64,000 bases of DNA, taken from Squalus acanthias. Its lineage: Eukaryota. Where the stretch lies: NCBI GenBank assembly GCA_030390025.1, contig JASTWF010000033.1, positions 3,598,001 to 3,662,000 on the forward strand, read 5' to 3'. Position 1 is the stretch's first letter. Each line of letters opens with the position of its first letter. The translations under genes were made by a program, and so were the position numbers. The notes beneath the pieces are model-generated. The model was not told where the DNA came from. It saw only the letters and a program-made list of their open reading frames with translations, and did no database searches. Positions 1 to 12,504 of the stretch are shown here, in pieces.

Positions 1-1707
1 AGAGTCTGTAAATGGAGCTTTCTGGGTCTGTAAATGGAGCTTTCTGGGTCTCTGAATGAGCTGTCTTTGACTGTTAATGGAGCTGTCTGGGTCTGTGAAT
101 GGAGCTGTCTGTGTCTGTGAATGGAGCTGTCTGGGTCTGTGAATGAGCTGTCTTGGTCTGTGACTGGAGCTGTCTGAGTCTGTGATTGGCTGTTTGGGTC
201 TGTGAATGGAGCTGTCTGGGTCTGTGAATGGAGCTGCCTGGGTCTGTGAATGGAGCTGTCTGAGTCTGTGAATGGAGTTGTCAGGGTCTGTGAATGGAGT
301 TGTCTGAGTCTTTAAATGGAGCTGTCTGGGTCTGTGAATGGAGCGGTCTGTGTCTGTGAATGCAGCTGTCTGGGTCTGTGAATGGAGCTGTTTGGGTCTG
401 TGAATGGAGCTGTCTGGGTTTGTAAATGGAGCTTTCTGGGTCTCTGAAAGAGCTGTCTTTGACTGTGAATGGAGCTGTCTGTGTCTGTGAATGGAGCTGT
501 CTGGGTCTTTGAATGGAGCTGTCTGTGTCTGTGAATTGAGCTGTCAGAGTTTGTAAATGGAACTTTCTGGGTCTCTGAATGAGCTGTCTTTGACTGTTAA
601 TGGAGCCTTCTGTGTCTGTGAATGGAGCTGTCTGGGTCTGTGAATGAGCTGTCTTGGTCTGTGACTGGAGCTGTCTGAGTCTGTGAATGGAGTTGTCTGG
701 GTCTGTGAATGTAGCTGTCTGTGTCTGTGAATGGAGCTGTTTGGGTCTGTGAATGGAGCTGTCTGGGTCTGTGAATGGAGCTGTCTGTGTCTGTGAAATG
801 AGCTGCCTGGTCGATGAAATGAGCTGTCTGTCTCTTTGAATGGAGCTGTCGGAGTCTGTAAATGGAGCTGTCTGGGTCTCTGAATGGAGCTGTCTGTGTC
901 TGTGAATTGAGCTGTCAGAGTCTGTAAATGGAGCAGTCTGGGTCTCTGAATGAGCTGTCTTTGACTGTGAATGGAGCTGACTGTGTCTGTGAAAGGAGCT
1001 GTCTGGGTCTGTGAATGAGCTGTCTTGGTCTGTGACTGGAGCTGTCTGAGTCTGTGAATGGTGCTGTCTGGGTCTGTGAATGAGCTGTCTTGGTCTGTGA
1101 ATGGAGCTGTCTGAGTCTGTGAATGGAGTTGTCTGAGTCTTTAAATGGAGCTGTCTGAGTCTTTAAATGGAGCTGTCTGGGTCTGTGAATGGAGCGGTCT
1201 GTGTCTGTGAATGGAGCTGTTTGGGTCTGTGTATGGAGCTGTTTGGGTCTGTGAATGGAGCTGTCTGGTTCTGTGAATGGAGCTGTCTGGTTCTGTGAAT
1301 GGAGCTGTCTGGATCTGTGAATGGAGCTGTCTGAGTCTGTGAATGGAGTTGTCTGGGTCTGTGAATGGAGCTGTCTGAGTCTTTAAATGGAGCTGTCTGT
1401 GTCTGTGAATGGAGCTGTCTGGGTCTGTGAATGGAGCTGTCTGGGTCTGTGAATGGAGCTGTCTGTTTCTGTGTCGGTGAATGAGCTGTCTGGTTCTGGG
1501 AATGGAGCTGTCTGGTTCTGTGAATGAAGTTGTCTGGATCTGTGAATGGAGCTGTCTGAGTCTGTGAATGGTGCTGTTTGGGTCTGTGAATGGAGCTATC
1601 TGTGTCTGTGTCGGTGAATGAGCTGTCTGGTTCTGGGAATGGAGCTGTCTGGATCTGTGAATGGATCTGTCTGGGTCTGTGAATGGAGCTGTCTGAATCT
1701 TTGAATG

Positions 1708-1804
1708 AATCTAACAACAGAAAACGCTGGAAAACTCTGCAGGCCAGGCACAATCCGTGGAGAGAGAAACAGAGTTAACGTTTCAGGTCGATGACCTATC
1801 GTCA
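1708..1804 (-). mobile_element. Penelope-like element terminal fragment (~97 bp) embedded in satellite, copy 1
   Basis: Non-satellite insert AATCTAACAACAGAAAACGCTGGAAAACTCTGCAGGCCAGGCACAATCCGTGGAGAGAGAAACAGAGTTAACGTTTCAGGTCGATGACCTATCGTCA; resembles the shark/fish Penelope-associated repeat as I recall it. Confidence 0.7.
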
Positions 1805-1805
1805 A
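1770..1805 (-). ncRNA. Degenerate minimal (Penelope-type, type I) hammerhead ribozyme core; representative of 12 amplified copies; probably inactive
   Basis: Minus strand reads UUGACGA-U-AGGUC-AUC-GACCU-GAAAC-GUU-AACUCUG. This is a (C>U)UGANGA box, 5-bp stem II, GAAA box and palindromic AACGUU in place of stem III. The 5' strand of stem I is replaced by satellite sequence. Confidence 0.6.
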
Positions 1806-3285
1806 TGGAGCTGTCTGGGTCTGTGAAATGAGCTGTCTTGGTCGATGAAATGAGCTGTCTGTCTCTTTAAATGGAGCTGTCGGAGTCTGTAAATAGAGCT
1901 GTCTGGTTCTCTGAATGGAGCAGTCTGTGTCTGTGAATTGAGCTGTCAGAGTCTGTAAATGGAGCTTTCTGGGTCTGTAAATGGAGCTTTCTGGGTCTCT
2001 GAATGAGCTGTCTTTGACTGTTAATGGAGCTGTCTGGGTCTGTGAATGGAGCTGTCTGTGTCTGTGAATGGAGCTGTCTGGGTCTGTGAATGAGCTGTCT
2101 TGGTCTGTGACTGGAGCTGTCTGAGTCTGTGAATGGAGTTGTCTGGGTCTGTGAATGGAGCTGTCTGAGTCTTTAAATAGAGCTGTCTGGGTCTGTGAAT
2201 GCAGCGGTCTGTGTCTGTGAATGGAGCTGTTTGGGTCTGTGAATGGAGCTGTCTGGGTCTGTGAATGGAGCTGCCTGGGTCTGTGAATGGAGCTGTCTGA
2301 GTCTGTGAATGGAGTTGTCAGGGTCTGTGAATGGAGTTGTCTGAGTCTTTAAATGGAGCTGTCTGGGTCTGTGAATGGAGCGGTCTGTGTCTGTGAATGC
2401 AGCTGTCTGGGTCTGTGAATGGAGCTGTTTGGGTCTGTGAATGGAGCTGTCTGGGTTTGTAAATGGAGCTTTCTGGGTCTCTGAAAGAGCTGTCTTTGAC
2501 TGTGAATGGAGCTGTCTGTGTCTGTGAATGGAGCTGTCTGGGTCTTTGAATGGAGCTGTCTGTGTCTGTGAATTGAGCTGTCAGAGTCTGTAAATGGAAC
2601 TTTCTGGGTCTCTGAATGAGCTGTCTTTGACTGTTAATGGAGCCTTCTGTGTCTGTGAATGGAGCTGTCTGGGTCTGTGAATGAGCTGTCTTGGTCTGTG
2701 ACTGGAGCTGTCTGAGTCTGTGAATGGAGTTGTCTGGGTCTGTGAATGTAGCTGTCTGTGTCTGTGAATGGAGCTGTTTGGGTCTGTGAATGGAGCTGTC
2801 AGGGTCTGTGAATGGAGCTGTCTGTGTCTGTGTCGGTGAATGAGCTGTCTGGTTCTGTGAATGGAGCTGTCTGGTTCTGTGAATGGAGCTGTCTGGATCT
2901 GTGAATGGAGCTGTCTGAGTCTGTGACTGGAGTTATCTGTGTCTGTGAATGGAGCTGTTTGGGTCTGTGAATGGAGCTGTCTGGGTCTGTGAATGGAGCT
3001 GTCTGTGTCTGTGTCGGTGAATGAGCTGTCTGGTTCTGTGAATGGAGCTGTCTGAGTCTGTGAATGGAGCTGTCTGGATCTGTGAATGGAGCTGTCTGGT
3101 TCTGTGAATGGAGCTGTCTGGATCTGTGAATGGAGCTGTCTGAGTCTGTGAATGGTGCTGTTTGGGTCTGTGAATGGAGCTATCTACTTCGGTGAATGAG
3201 CTGTCTGGGTCTGTGAATGGAGCTGTCTGGGTCTGTTAATGGAGCTGTCTGGGTCTGTGAATGGAGCTGTCTGAATCTGTGAATG

Positions 3286-3382
3286 AATCTAACAACAGAA
3301 AACGCTGGAAAACTCTGCAGGCCAGGCACAATCCGTGGAGAGAGAAACAGAGTTAACGTTTCAGGTCGAAGACCTATCGTCA
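3286..3382 (-). mobile_element. Penelope-like fragment, copy 2
   Basis: Same ~97-bp insert with the same junctions as 1708-1804. Confidence 0.7.
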
Positions 3383-3844
3383 ATGGAGCTGTCTGGGTCT
3401 GTGAAATGAGCTGTCTTAGTCGATGAAATGAGCTGTCTGTCTCTTTGAATGGAGCTGTCGGAGTCTGTAAATGGAGCTGTCTGGGTCTCTGAATGGAGCT
3501 GTCTGTGTCTGTGAATTGAGCTGTCAGAGTCTGTAAATGGAGCTTTCTGGGTCTGTAAATGGAGCTTTCTGGGTCTCTGAATGAGCTGTCTTTGACTGTG
3601 AATGGAGCTGTCTGTGTCTGTGAATGGAGCTGTCTGAGTCTGTGAATGGTGCTGTTTGGGTCTGTGAATGGAACTATCTGTGTCTGTGAATGAGCTGTCT
3701 GGATCTGTGAATGGAACTGTCTGAGTCTGAGAATGGTGCTGTTTGGGTCTGTGAATGGAGCTATCTGTGTCGGTGAATGAGCTGTCTGGGTCTGTGAATG
3801 GAGCTGTCTGGGTCTGTGAATGGAGCTGTCTGAATCTGTGAATG

Positions 3845-3941
3845 AATCTAACAACAGAAAACGCTGGAAAACTCTGCAGGTCAGGCACAATCCGTGGAGA
3901 GAGAAACAGAGTTAACGTTTCAGGTCGAAGACCTGTCGTCA
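3845..3941 (-). mobile_element. Penelope-like fragment, copy 3
   Basis: Same insert and junctions. Confidence 0.7.
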
Positions 3942-6900
3942 ATGGAGCTGTCTGGGTCTGTGAAATGAGCTGTCTTGATCGATGAAATGAGCTGTCTGTG
4001 TCTTTGAATGGAGCTGTCGGAGTCTGTAAATGGAGCTGTCTGGGTCTGTGAATGGAGCTGTCTGGGTCTGTGAATGGAGCTGTCTGGGTCTGTGAATGGA
4101 GCTGTCTGGGTCTGTGAATGGAGCTCTCTGAGTCTGTGAATGGTGCTGTTTGGGTCTGTGAATGGAGCTATCTGTGTCTGTGAATGAGCTGTCTGGATCT
4201 GTGAATGGAGCTGTCTGGGTCTGTGATTGGAGCTGTCTGGGTCTGTGAATGTAGCTGTCTGAGTCTGTAAATGGAGTTGTCTGGATCTGTGAATGGAACT
4301 GTCTTTGTCTGTGAATGAGCTGTCTGGGTCTGTGAAAAGTGCTGTTTTGGTCTGAAAATGTAGTTGTCTGGGTCTGTGAATAGAGCTGTCTAACGTTGTT
4401 CATGGAGCTGTCCTAGTCTGTGACCTGAGCTTTCAGAGTCTTTGAAGTCAGCCGTCTGGATCTTTGAATGGATCTGTCTGAGTGTCTGAAATGAGCTTTC
4501 TGAGTCTCTGAATGGAGATGTCTGGGTCTGTCAAATGAATTGTCTGAATCTGTTCGTGAAATGAGCTGTCTGTTTTTTTCAAATCAGATTTCCATATCTG
4601 TAAATGGAGCTGTCTGTTTTTTTGAATGGAGTTGTCTGGGTCTGTGAATGGAGCTGTCTGAGTCTGTGAATGTTGCTGTTTGGGTCTGTGAATGGAGCTA
4701 TCTCTGTCGGTGAATGAGCTGTCTGGGTCTGTGAATGGAGCTGTCTGGGTCTGTGAATGGAGCTGTCTGAGTCTGTGAATGGATCTGCCTGGGTCTGTGA
4801 ATGGATCTGTCTGGATCTGTGAAATGAACTTTCGGAGTCTGTGAATGGAGCTGTCTGGGTCTGTGAATGGAGCTGTCTGGGTCTGTGAATGGAGCTGTCT
4901 GGGTCTGTGAATGGAGCTGTCTGTGTCTGTGAATGGAGCTGTCTTAGACTGTGAATGGTGCTGTTTGGGTCTGTGAATGGAGCTATCTGTGTCTGTGAAT
5001 GAGCTGTCTGGATCTGTGAATGGAACTGTCTGTGTCTGTGAATGAGCTGTCTGGGTCTGAGAAATGTGCTGTCTGGGTCTGAAAATGGAGTTGTCTGGGT
5101 CTGTGAATAGAGCTGTCTGACGTTGTTATTGGAGCTGTCTGGGTCTGTGACCTGAGCTTTCAGAGTCTTTGATGTCAGCCGTCTGGATCTTTGAATGGAG
5201 CTATCTGAGTGTCTGAAATGAGCTTTCTGAGTCTCTCAATGGAGATGTCTGGGTCTGTCAAATGAATTGTCTGAATCTGTTCGTGAAATGAGCTGTCTGT
5301 TTTTTTCAAATCAGCTTTCCATGTCTGTAAATGGAGCTGTCTGTGTTTTTGAATGGAGTTGTCTGGGTCTGTGAATGGAACTGTCTGAGTCTGTGAATGG
5401 TGCTGTTTGGGTCTGTGAATGGAGCTATCTGTGTCTGTGAATGAGCTGTCTGGATCTGTGAATGGAGCTGTCTGGGTCTGTGATTGGAGCTGTCTGGGTC
5501 TGTGAATGTAGCTGTCTGAGTCTGTAAATGGAGTTGTCTGGATCTGTGAATGGAACTGTCTTTGTCTGTGAATGAGCTGTCTGGGTCTGTGAAAAGTGCT
5601 GTTTTGGTCTGAAAATGTAGTTGTCTGGGTCTGTGAATAGAGCTGTCTAACGTTGTTCATGGAGCTGTCCTAGTCTGTGACCTGAGCTTTCAGAGTCTTT
5701 GAAGTCAGCCGTCTGGATCTTTGAATGGATCTGTCTGAGTGTCTGAAATGAGCTTTCTGAGTCTCTGAATGGAGATGTCTGGGTCTGTCAAATGAATTGT
5801 CTGAATCTGTTCGTGAAATGAGCTGTCTGTTTTTTTCAAATCAGATTTCCATATCTGTAAATGGAGCTGTCTGTGTTTTTGAATGGAGTTGTCTGGGTCT
5901 GTGAATGGAGCTGTCTGAGTCTGTGAATGTTGCTGTTTGGGTCTGTGAATGGAGCTATCTCTGTCGGTGAATGAGCTGTCTGGGTCTGTGAATGGAGCTG
6001 TCTGGGTCTGTGAATGGAGCTGTCTGAGTCTGTGAATGGATCTGCCTGGGTCTGTGAATGGATCTGTCTGGATCTGTGAAATGAACTTTCGGAGTCTGTG
6101 AATGGAGCTGTCTGGGTCTGCGAATGGAGCTGTCTGGGTCTGTGAATGGAGCTGTCTGGGTCTGTGAATGGAGCTGTCTGTGTCTGTGAATGGAGCTGTC
6201 TTAGTCTGTGAATGGTGCTGTTTGGGTCTGTGAATGGAGCTATCTGTGTCTGTGAATGAGCTGTCTGGATCTGTGAATGGAACTGTCTGTGTCTGTGAAT
6301 GAGCTGTCTGGGTCTGAGAAATGTGCTGTCTGGGTCTGAAAATGGAGTTGTCTGGGTCTGTGAATAGAGCTGTCTGACGTTGTTAATGGAGCTGTCTGGG
6401 TCTGTGACCTGAGCTTTCAGAGTCTTTGATGTCAGCCGTCTGGATCTTTGAATGGAGCTATCTGAGTGTCTGAAATGAGCTTTCTGAGTCTCTCAATGGA
6501 GATGTCTGGGTCTGTCAAATGAATTGTCTGAATCTGTTCGTGAAATGAGCTGTCTGTTTTTTTCAAATCAGCTTTCCATGTCTGTAAATGAAGCTGTCTG
6601 TGTTTTTGAATGGAGTTGTCTGGGTCTGTGAATGGAACTGTCTGAGTCTGTGAATGGTGCTGTTTGGGTCTGTGAATAGAGCTATCTGTGTCGGTGAATG
6701 AGCTGTCTGGGTCTGTGAATGGAGCTGTCTGAGTCTGTAAATGGATCTGTCTGGATCTGTGAATGGAACTGTCTGTGTCTGTGAATGAGCTGTCTGGCTC
6801 TGAGAAATGTGCTGTCTGGGTCTGAAAATGGAGTTGTCTGCGTCAGTGAATAGAGCTGTATGACGTTGTTATGGAGCTGTCTGGGTCTGTGACCTGAGCT

Positions 6901-7207
6901 TTCAGAGTCTTTGAAGTCAGCCGTCTGGATCTTTGAATGGAGCTGTCTGAGTGTCTGAAATGAGCTTTCTGAGTCTCTGAATGGAGATGTCTGAGTCTCT
7001 CAAATGAATTGTCTGAATCTGTTCGTGAAATGAGCTCTCTGTTTTTTTCAAATCAGCTTTCCATGTCTGTAAATGGAGCTGTCTGGGGTTGTGAATGGAG
7101 CTGTCTGAGTCTGTGAATGGATCTGTCTGGGTCTGTGAATGGAGCTCTCTGGATCTGTGAAATGAACTTTCGGAATCTGTGAATGGAGCTGTCTGAATCT
7201 GTGAATG

Positions 7208-7302
7208 AATCTAACAACAGAAAACGCTGGAAAATTCTGCAGGCCAGGCACAATCCGTGGAGAGAGAAACAGTTAACGTTTCAGGTCGAAGACCTGTCGT
7301 CA
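7208..7302 (-). mobile_element. Penelope-like fragment, copy 4 (2-bp AG deletion)
   Basis: Same insert and junctions. Confidence 0.7.
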
Positions 7303-7966
7303 ATGGAGTTGTCTGGGTCTGTGAAATGAGCTGCCTTGGTCGATGAAATGAGCTGTCTGTCTCTTTGAATGGAGCTGTCGGAGTCTGTAAATGGAGCTGT
7401 CTGGGTCTCTGAATGGAGCTGTCTGTGTCTGTGAATTGAGCAGTCAGATTCTGTAAATGGAGCTTTCTGGGTCTGTAAATGGAGCTTTCTGGGTCTCACA
7501 TTGAGCTGTCTTTGACTGTGAATGGAGCTGTCTGTGTCTGTGAATGGAGCTGTCTGGATCTTGAATGAGCAGTCTTGGTCTGTGACTGGAGCTGTCTGAA
7601 TCTGTGAATGGAGTTGTCTGGGTCTGTGAATGGAGCTGTCTGAGACTTTAAATGGAGCTGCCTGGGTCTGTGAATGGAGCGGTCTGTGTCTGTGAATGGA
7701 GCTGTTTGGGTCTGTGAATGGAGCTGTCTGGGTCTGTGAATGGAGCTGTCTGTGTCTGTGTCGGTGAATGAGCTGTCTGGTTCCGTGAATGGAGCTGTCT
7801 GAGTCTGTGAATGGTACTGTTTGGGTCTGTGAATGGAGCTATCTGTGTCTGTGAATGAGCTGTCAGGGTCTGTGAATGGAGCTGTCTGGGTCTGTGAATG
7901 GAGCTGCCTGGGTCTGTGAATGGAGCTGTCTGGGACTGTGAATGGAGCTGTCTGAATATGTGAATG

Positions 7967-8063
7967 AATCTAACAACAAAAAACGCTGGAAAACTCTGCA
8001 GGCTAGGTACAATCCGTGGAGAGAGAAACAGAGTTAACGTTTCAGGTCGAAGACCTGTCGTCA
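7967..8063 (-). mobile_element. Penelope-like fragment, copy 5
   Basis: Same insert and junctions. Confidence 0.7.
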
Positions 8064-9392
8064 ATGGAGCTGTCTGGGTCTGTGAAATGAGCTGTCTTGG
8101 TCGATGAAATGAGCTGTCTGTCTCTTTGAATGGAGCTGTCGGAGTCTGTAAATGGAGCTGTCTGGGTCTCTGAATGGAGCTGTCTGTGTCTGTGAATTGA
8201 GCTGTCAGAGTCTGTAAATGGAGCATTCTGGGTCTGTAAATGTAACTTTCTGGGTCTCTGAATGAGCTGTCTTTGACTGTGAATGGAGCTGTCTGTGTCT
8301 GTGAATGGAGCTGTCTGTGTCTGTGAATGAGCTGTTTTGGTCTGTGACTGGAGCTGTCTGAGTCTGTGAATGGCGTTGTCTGGGTCTGTGAATGGAGCTG
8401 TCTGAGTCTTTAAATGGAGCTGTCTGGGTCTGTGAATGGAGCGGTCTGTGTCTGTGAATGGAGGTGTTTGGGTCTGTGAATGGAGCTGTCTGGGTCTGTG
8501 AATGGAGCTGTCTGTGTCTGTGTCGGTGAGTGAGCTGTCTGGTTCTGTGAATGGAGCTGTCTGGTTCTTTGAATGGAGCTGTCTGGATCTGTGAATGGAG
8601 CTGTCTGGTTCTGTGAATGGAGCTATCTGTGTCGGTGAATGAGCTGTCTGGGTCTGTGAATGGAGCTGTCTGACGTTGTTAATGGAGCTGTCTGGGGCTC
8701 TGACTTGAGCTATCGGAGTCTTTGAAGTCAGCCGTCTGGATCTTTGAATGGAGCTGTCTGAGTGTCTGGAATGAGCTTTCTGAGTCTCCGAATGGAGATG
8801 TCTGGGTCTTTCAAATGAATTGTCTGAATCTGTTCTTGACATGAGCTGTCTGATTTTTTTAAAATCAGCTTTCCATGTCTGTAAATGGAGCTGTCTGGGT
8901 TTTTGAATGGAGTTGTCTGGGTCTGTGAATGGAGCTGTCTGAGTCTGTGAATGGTGCTGTTTGGGTCTGTGAATGGAGCTATCTGTGTCTGTTAATGAGC
9001 TGTCTGGATCTGTGAATGAGCTGTCTGAGTCTGTGAATGAGCTGTCTGGGTCTGTGAAATGTGCTGTCTGGGTCTGAAAATTGAGTTGTCTGGGTCTGTG
9101 AATGGAGCTGTCTGGGTCTGTAAATGGAGCTGTCTGAGTCTGTGAATGGTGCTGTTTGGGTCTGTGAATGGAGCTATCTGTGTCTGTGAAGGAGCTGTCT
9201 GGATCTGTGAATGGAGCTGTCTGAGTCGGTGAATGAGCTGTCTGGGTCTGTGAATGGAGCTGTCTGGGTCTGTGATTGGAGCTGTCTGAGTCTGTGAATG
9301 GCGCTATCTGTGTCTGTGAATGAGCTGTCTGGGTCTGTGAAAAGTGCTGTCTGGGTCTGAAAATGGAGTTGTCTGGGTCTGTGAATAGAGCT

Positions 9393-9522
9393 ACGACGAT
9401 AGCAAAATACTGCGGATGCTGGAAATCTGAAATAACAACAGAAAACGCTGGAAAAACTCTGCAGGCCAGGCAGCATCCGTGGAGAGAGAAAGAGAGTTAA
9501 CGTTTCGGGTCGATGACCTTTC
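9393..9522 (-). mobile_element. Independent, longer Penelope-like fragment with 12-bp target-site duplication
   Basis: AGCAAAATACTGCGGATGCTGGAAATCTGAAATAACAACAG...GTTAACGTTTCGGGTCGATGACCTTTC flanked by GTGAATAGAGCT at 9381-9392 and 9523-9534. Confidence 0.8.
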
Positions 9523-10067
9523 GTGAATAGAGCTGTCTGATGTTGTTAATGGTGCTGTCTGGGTCTGAAAATGGAGTTGTCTGGGTCTGTGAATAGAGCT
9601 GTCTGACGTTGTTAATGGAGCTGTCTGGGTCTGTGACCTGAGCTTTCAGAGTCTTTGAAGTCAGCCTTCTGGATCTTTGAATGGATCTGTCTGAGTGTCT
9701 CAAATGAGCTTTCTGAGTCTCTGAATGGAGATGTCTGGGTCTGGGTCTGTCACATGAATTGTCTGAATCTGTTCGTGAAATGAGCTGTCTGTTTTTTTCA
9801 AATCAGCTTTCCATGTCTGTCAATGGAGCTGTCTGGGTTTGTGAATGGAATTGTCTGGGTCTGTGAATGGAGCTGTCTGAGTCTGTGAATGGATCTGTCT
9901 GGGTCTGTGAATGGAGCTGTCTGGATCTGTGAAATGAACTTTCGGAGTCTGTGAATGGAGCTGTCTGGGTCTCTGAATGGAACTGTCTGTGTCTGTGAAT
10001 GGTTTTATCTAGGTCTTTGAAATGAACTCTCTGAGTCTGTGAATGGAGCTGTCTGAATCTTTGAATG

Positions 10068-10164
10068 AATCTAACAACAGAAAACGCTGGAAAACTCTGC
10101 AGGCCAGGCACAATCCGTGGAGAGAGAAACAGAGTTAACGTTTCAGGTCGAAGACCTGTCGTCA
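10068..10164 (-). mobile_element. Penelope-like fragment, copy 6
   Basis: Same insert and junctions as 1708-1804. Confidence 0.7.
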
Positions 10165-10829
10165 ATGGAGCTGTCTGAGTCTGTGAAATGAGCTGTCTTG
10201 GTCGATGAAATGAGCTGTCTGTCTCTTTGACTGGAGCTGTCGGAGTCTGTAAATGGAGCTGTCTGGGTCTCTGAATGGAGCTGTCTGTGTCTATGAATTG
10301 AGCTGTCAGAGTCTGTAAATGGAGCTTTCTTGGTCTGTAAAAGGAGCTTTCTGGGTCTCTGAATGAGCTGTCTTTGACTGTTAATGGAGCTCTCTGTGTC
10401 TGTGAATGGAGCTGTCTGGGTCTGTGAATGAGCTGTCTTGGTCTGTGACTGCAGCTGTCTGAGTCTGTGAATGGAGTTGTCTGGGTCTGTGAATGGAGCT
10501 GTCTGAGTCTTTAAATGGAGCTGTCTGGCTCTGTGAATGGAGCGGTCTGTGTCTGTGAATGGAGCTGTTTGGGTCTGTGAATGGAGCTGTCTGGGTCTGT
10601 GAATGGAGCTGTCTGTGTCTGTGTCGGTGAATGAGATGTCTGGTTCCGTGAATGGAGCCGTCTGGTTCTGTGAATGGAGCTGTCTGGATCTGTGAATGGA
10701 GCTGTCTGAGTCTGTGAATGGTGCTGTTTGGGTCTGTGAATGGAGCTATCTGTGTCGGTGAATGAGCTCTCTGGGTTTGTGAATGGAGCTGTCTGGGTCT
10801 GTGAATGGAGCTGTCTGAATCTGTGAATG

Positions 10830-10926
10830 AATCTAACAACAGAAAACGCTGGAAAACTCTGCAGGCCAGGCACAATCCGTGGAGAGAGAAACAGAGTTAA
10901 CGTTTCAGGTCGAAGACCTATCGTCA
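10830..10926 (-). mobile_element. Penelope-like fragment, copy 7
   Basis: Same insert and junctions. Confidence 0.7.
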
Positions 10927-11237
10927 ATGGAGCTGTCTGAGTCTGTGAAATGAGCTGTCTTGGTCGATGAATTGAGCTGTCTGTCTCTTTGAATGGAGCT
11001 GTCTTGATCTGTGAATGGATCTGTCTGGGTCTGTGAATGGAGCTGCCTGAGTCTGTGAATGGATCTGTCTGGGTCTGTGAATGGAGCTGTCTGGATCTGT
11101 GAAATGAACTTTCGGAGTCTCTGAATGGAGCTGTCTGGGTCTCTGAATGGAACTGTCTGTGTCTGTGAATGGTTTTATCTAGCTCTTTGAAATGAACTCT
11201 CTGAGTCTGTGAATGGAGCTGTCTGAATCTTTGAATG

Positions 11238-11334
11238 AATCTAAAAACAGAAAACGCTGGAAAACTCTGCAGGCCAGGCACAATCCGTGGAGAGAGAAAC
11301 AGAGTTAACGTTTCAGGTCGAAGACCTATCGTCA
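11238..11334 (-). mobile_element. Penelope-like fragment, copy 8
   Basis: Same insert; 408 bp from copy 7. Confidence 0.7.
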
Positions 11335-11645
11335 ATGGAGCTGTCTGAGTCTGTGAAATGAGCTGTCTTGGTCGATGAATTGAGCTGTCTGTCTCTTTGA
11401 ATGGAGCTGTCTTGATCTGTGAATGGATCTGTCTGGGTCTGTGAATGGAGCTGCCTGAGTCTGTGAATGGATCTGTCTGGGTCTGTGAATGGAGCTGTCT
11501 GGATCTGTGAAATGAACTTTCGGAGTCTCTGAATGGAGCTGTCTGGGTCTCTGAATGGAACTGTCTGTGTCTGTGAATGGTTTTATCTAGGTCTTTGAAA
11601 TGAACTCTCTGAGTCTGTGAATGGAGCTGTCTGAATCTTTGAATG

Positions 11646-11742
11646 AATCTAAAAACAGAAAACGCTGGAAAATTCTGCAGGCCAGGCACAATCCGTGGAG
11701 AGAGAAACAGAGTTAACGTTTCAGTTCGAAGACCTGTCGTCA
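11646..11742 (-). mobile_element. Penelope-like fragment, copy 9
   Basis: Same insert; 408 bp from copy 8. Confidence 0.7.
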
Positions 11743-12407
11743 ATGGAGCTGTCTGGGTCTGTGAAATGAGCTGTCTTGGTCGATGAAATGAGCTGTCTGT
11801 GTCTTTGAATGGAGCTGTCGGAGTCTGTACATGGAGCTGTATTGGTCTCTGAATGGAGCTGTCTGTGTCTGTGAATTTAGCTGTCAGAGTCTGTAAATGG
11901 AGCTTTCTGGGTCTGTAAATGGAGCTTTCTGGGTCTCTGAATGAGCTGTCTTTGACTGTGAATGGAGCTGTCTGTGTCTGTGAATGTAGCTGTCTGGGTC
12001 TGTGAATGAGCTGTCTTGGTCTGTGACTGGAGCTGTCTGAGTCTGTGAATGGAGTTGTCTGGGTCTGTGAATGGAGCTGTCTGAGTCTTTAAATGGAGCT
12101 GTCTGGGTCTGTGAATGGAGCGGTCTGTGTCTGTGAATGGAGCTGTTTGGGTCTGTGAATGGAGCTGTCTGGGTCTGTGAATGGAGCTGTCTGTGTCTGT
12201 GTCGGTGAATGAGCTACCTGGTTCTGTGAATGGAGCTGTCTGTTTCTGTGAATGGAGCTGTCTGGATCTGTGAATGGAGCTGTCTGAGTCTGTGAATGGT
12301 GCTGTTTGGGTCTGTGAATGGAGCTATCTGTTTCGGTGAATGAGCTGTCTGGGTCTGTGAATGGAGCTGTCTGGATCTGTGAATGGAGCTGTCTGAATCT
12401 GTGAGTG

Positions 12408-12504
12408 AATCTAACAACAGAAAACGCTGGAAAACTCTGCAGGCCAGGCACAATCCGTGGAGAGAGAAACAGAGTTAACGTTACAGGTCGAAGACCTATC
12501 GTCA
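12408..12504 (-). mobile_element. Penelope-like fragment, copy 10
   Basis: Same insert and junctions. Confidence 0.7.
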
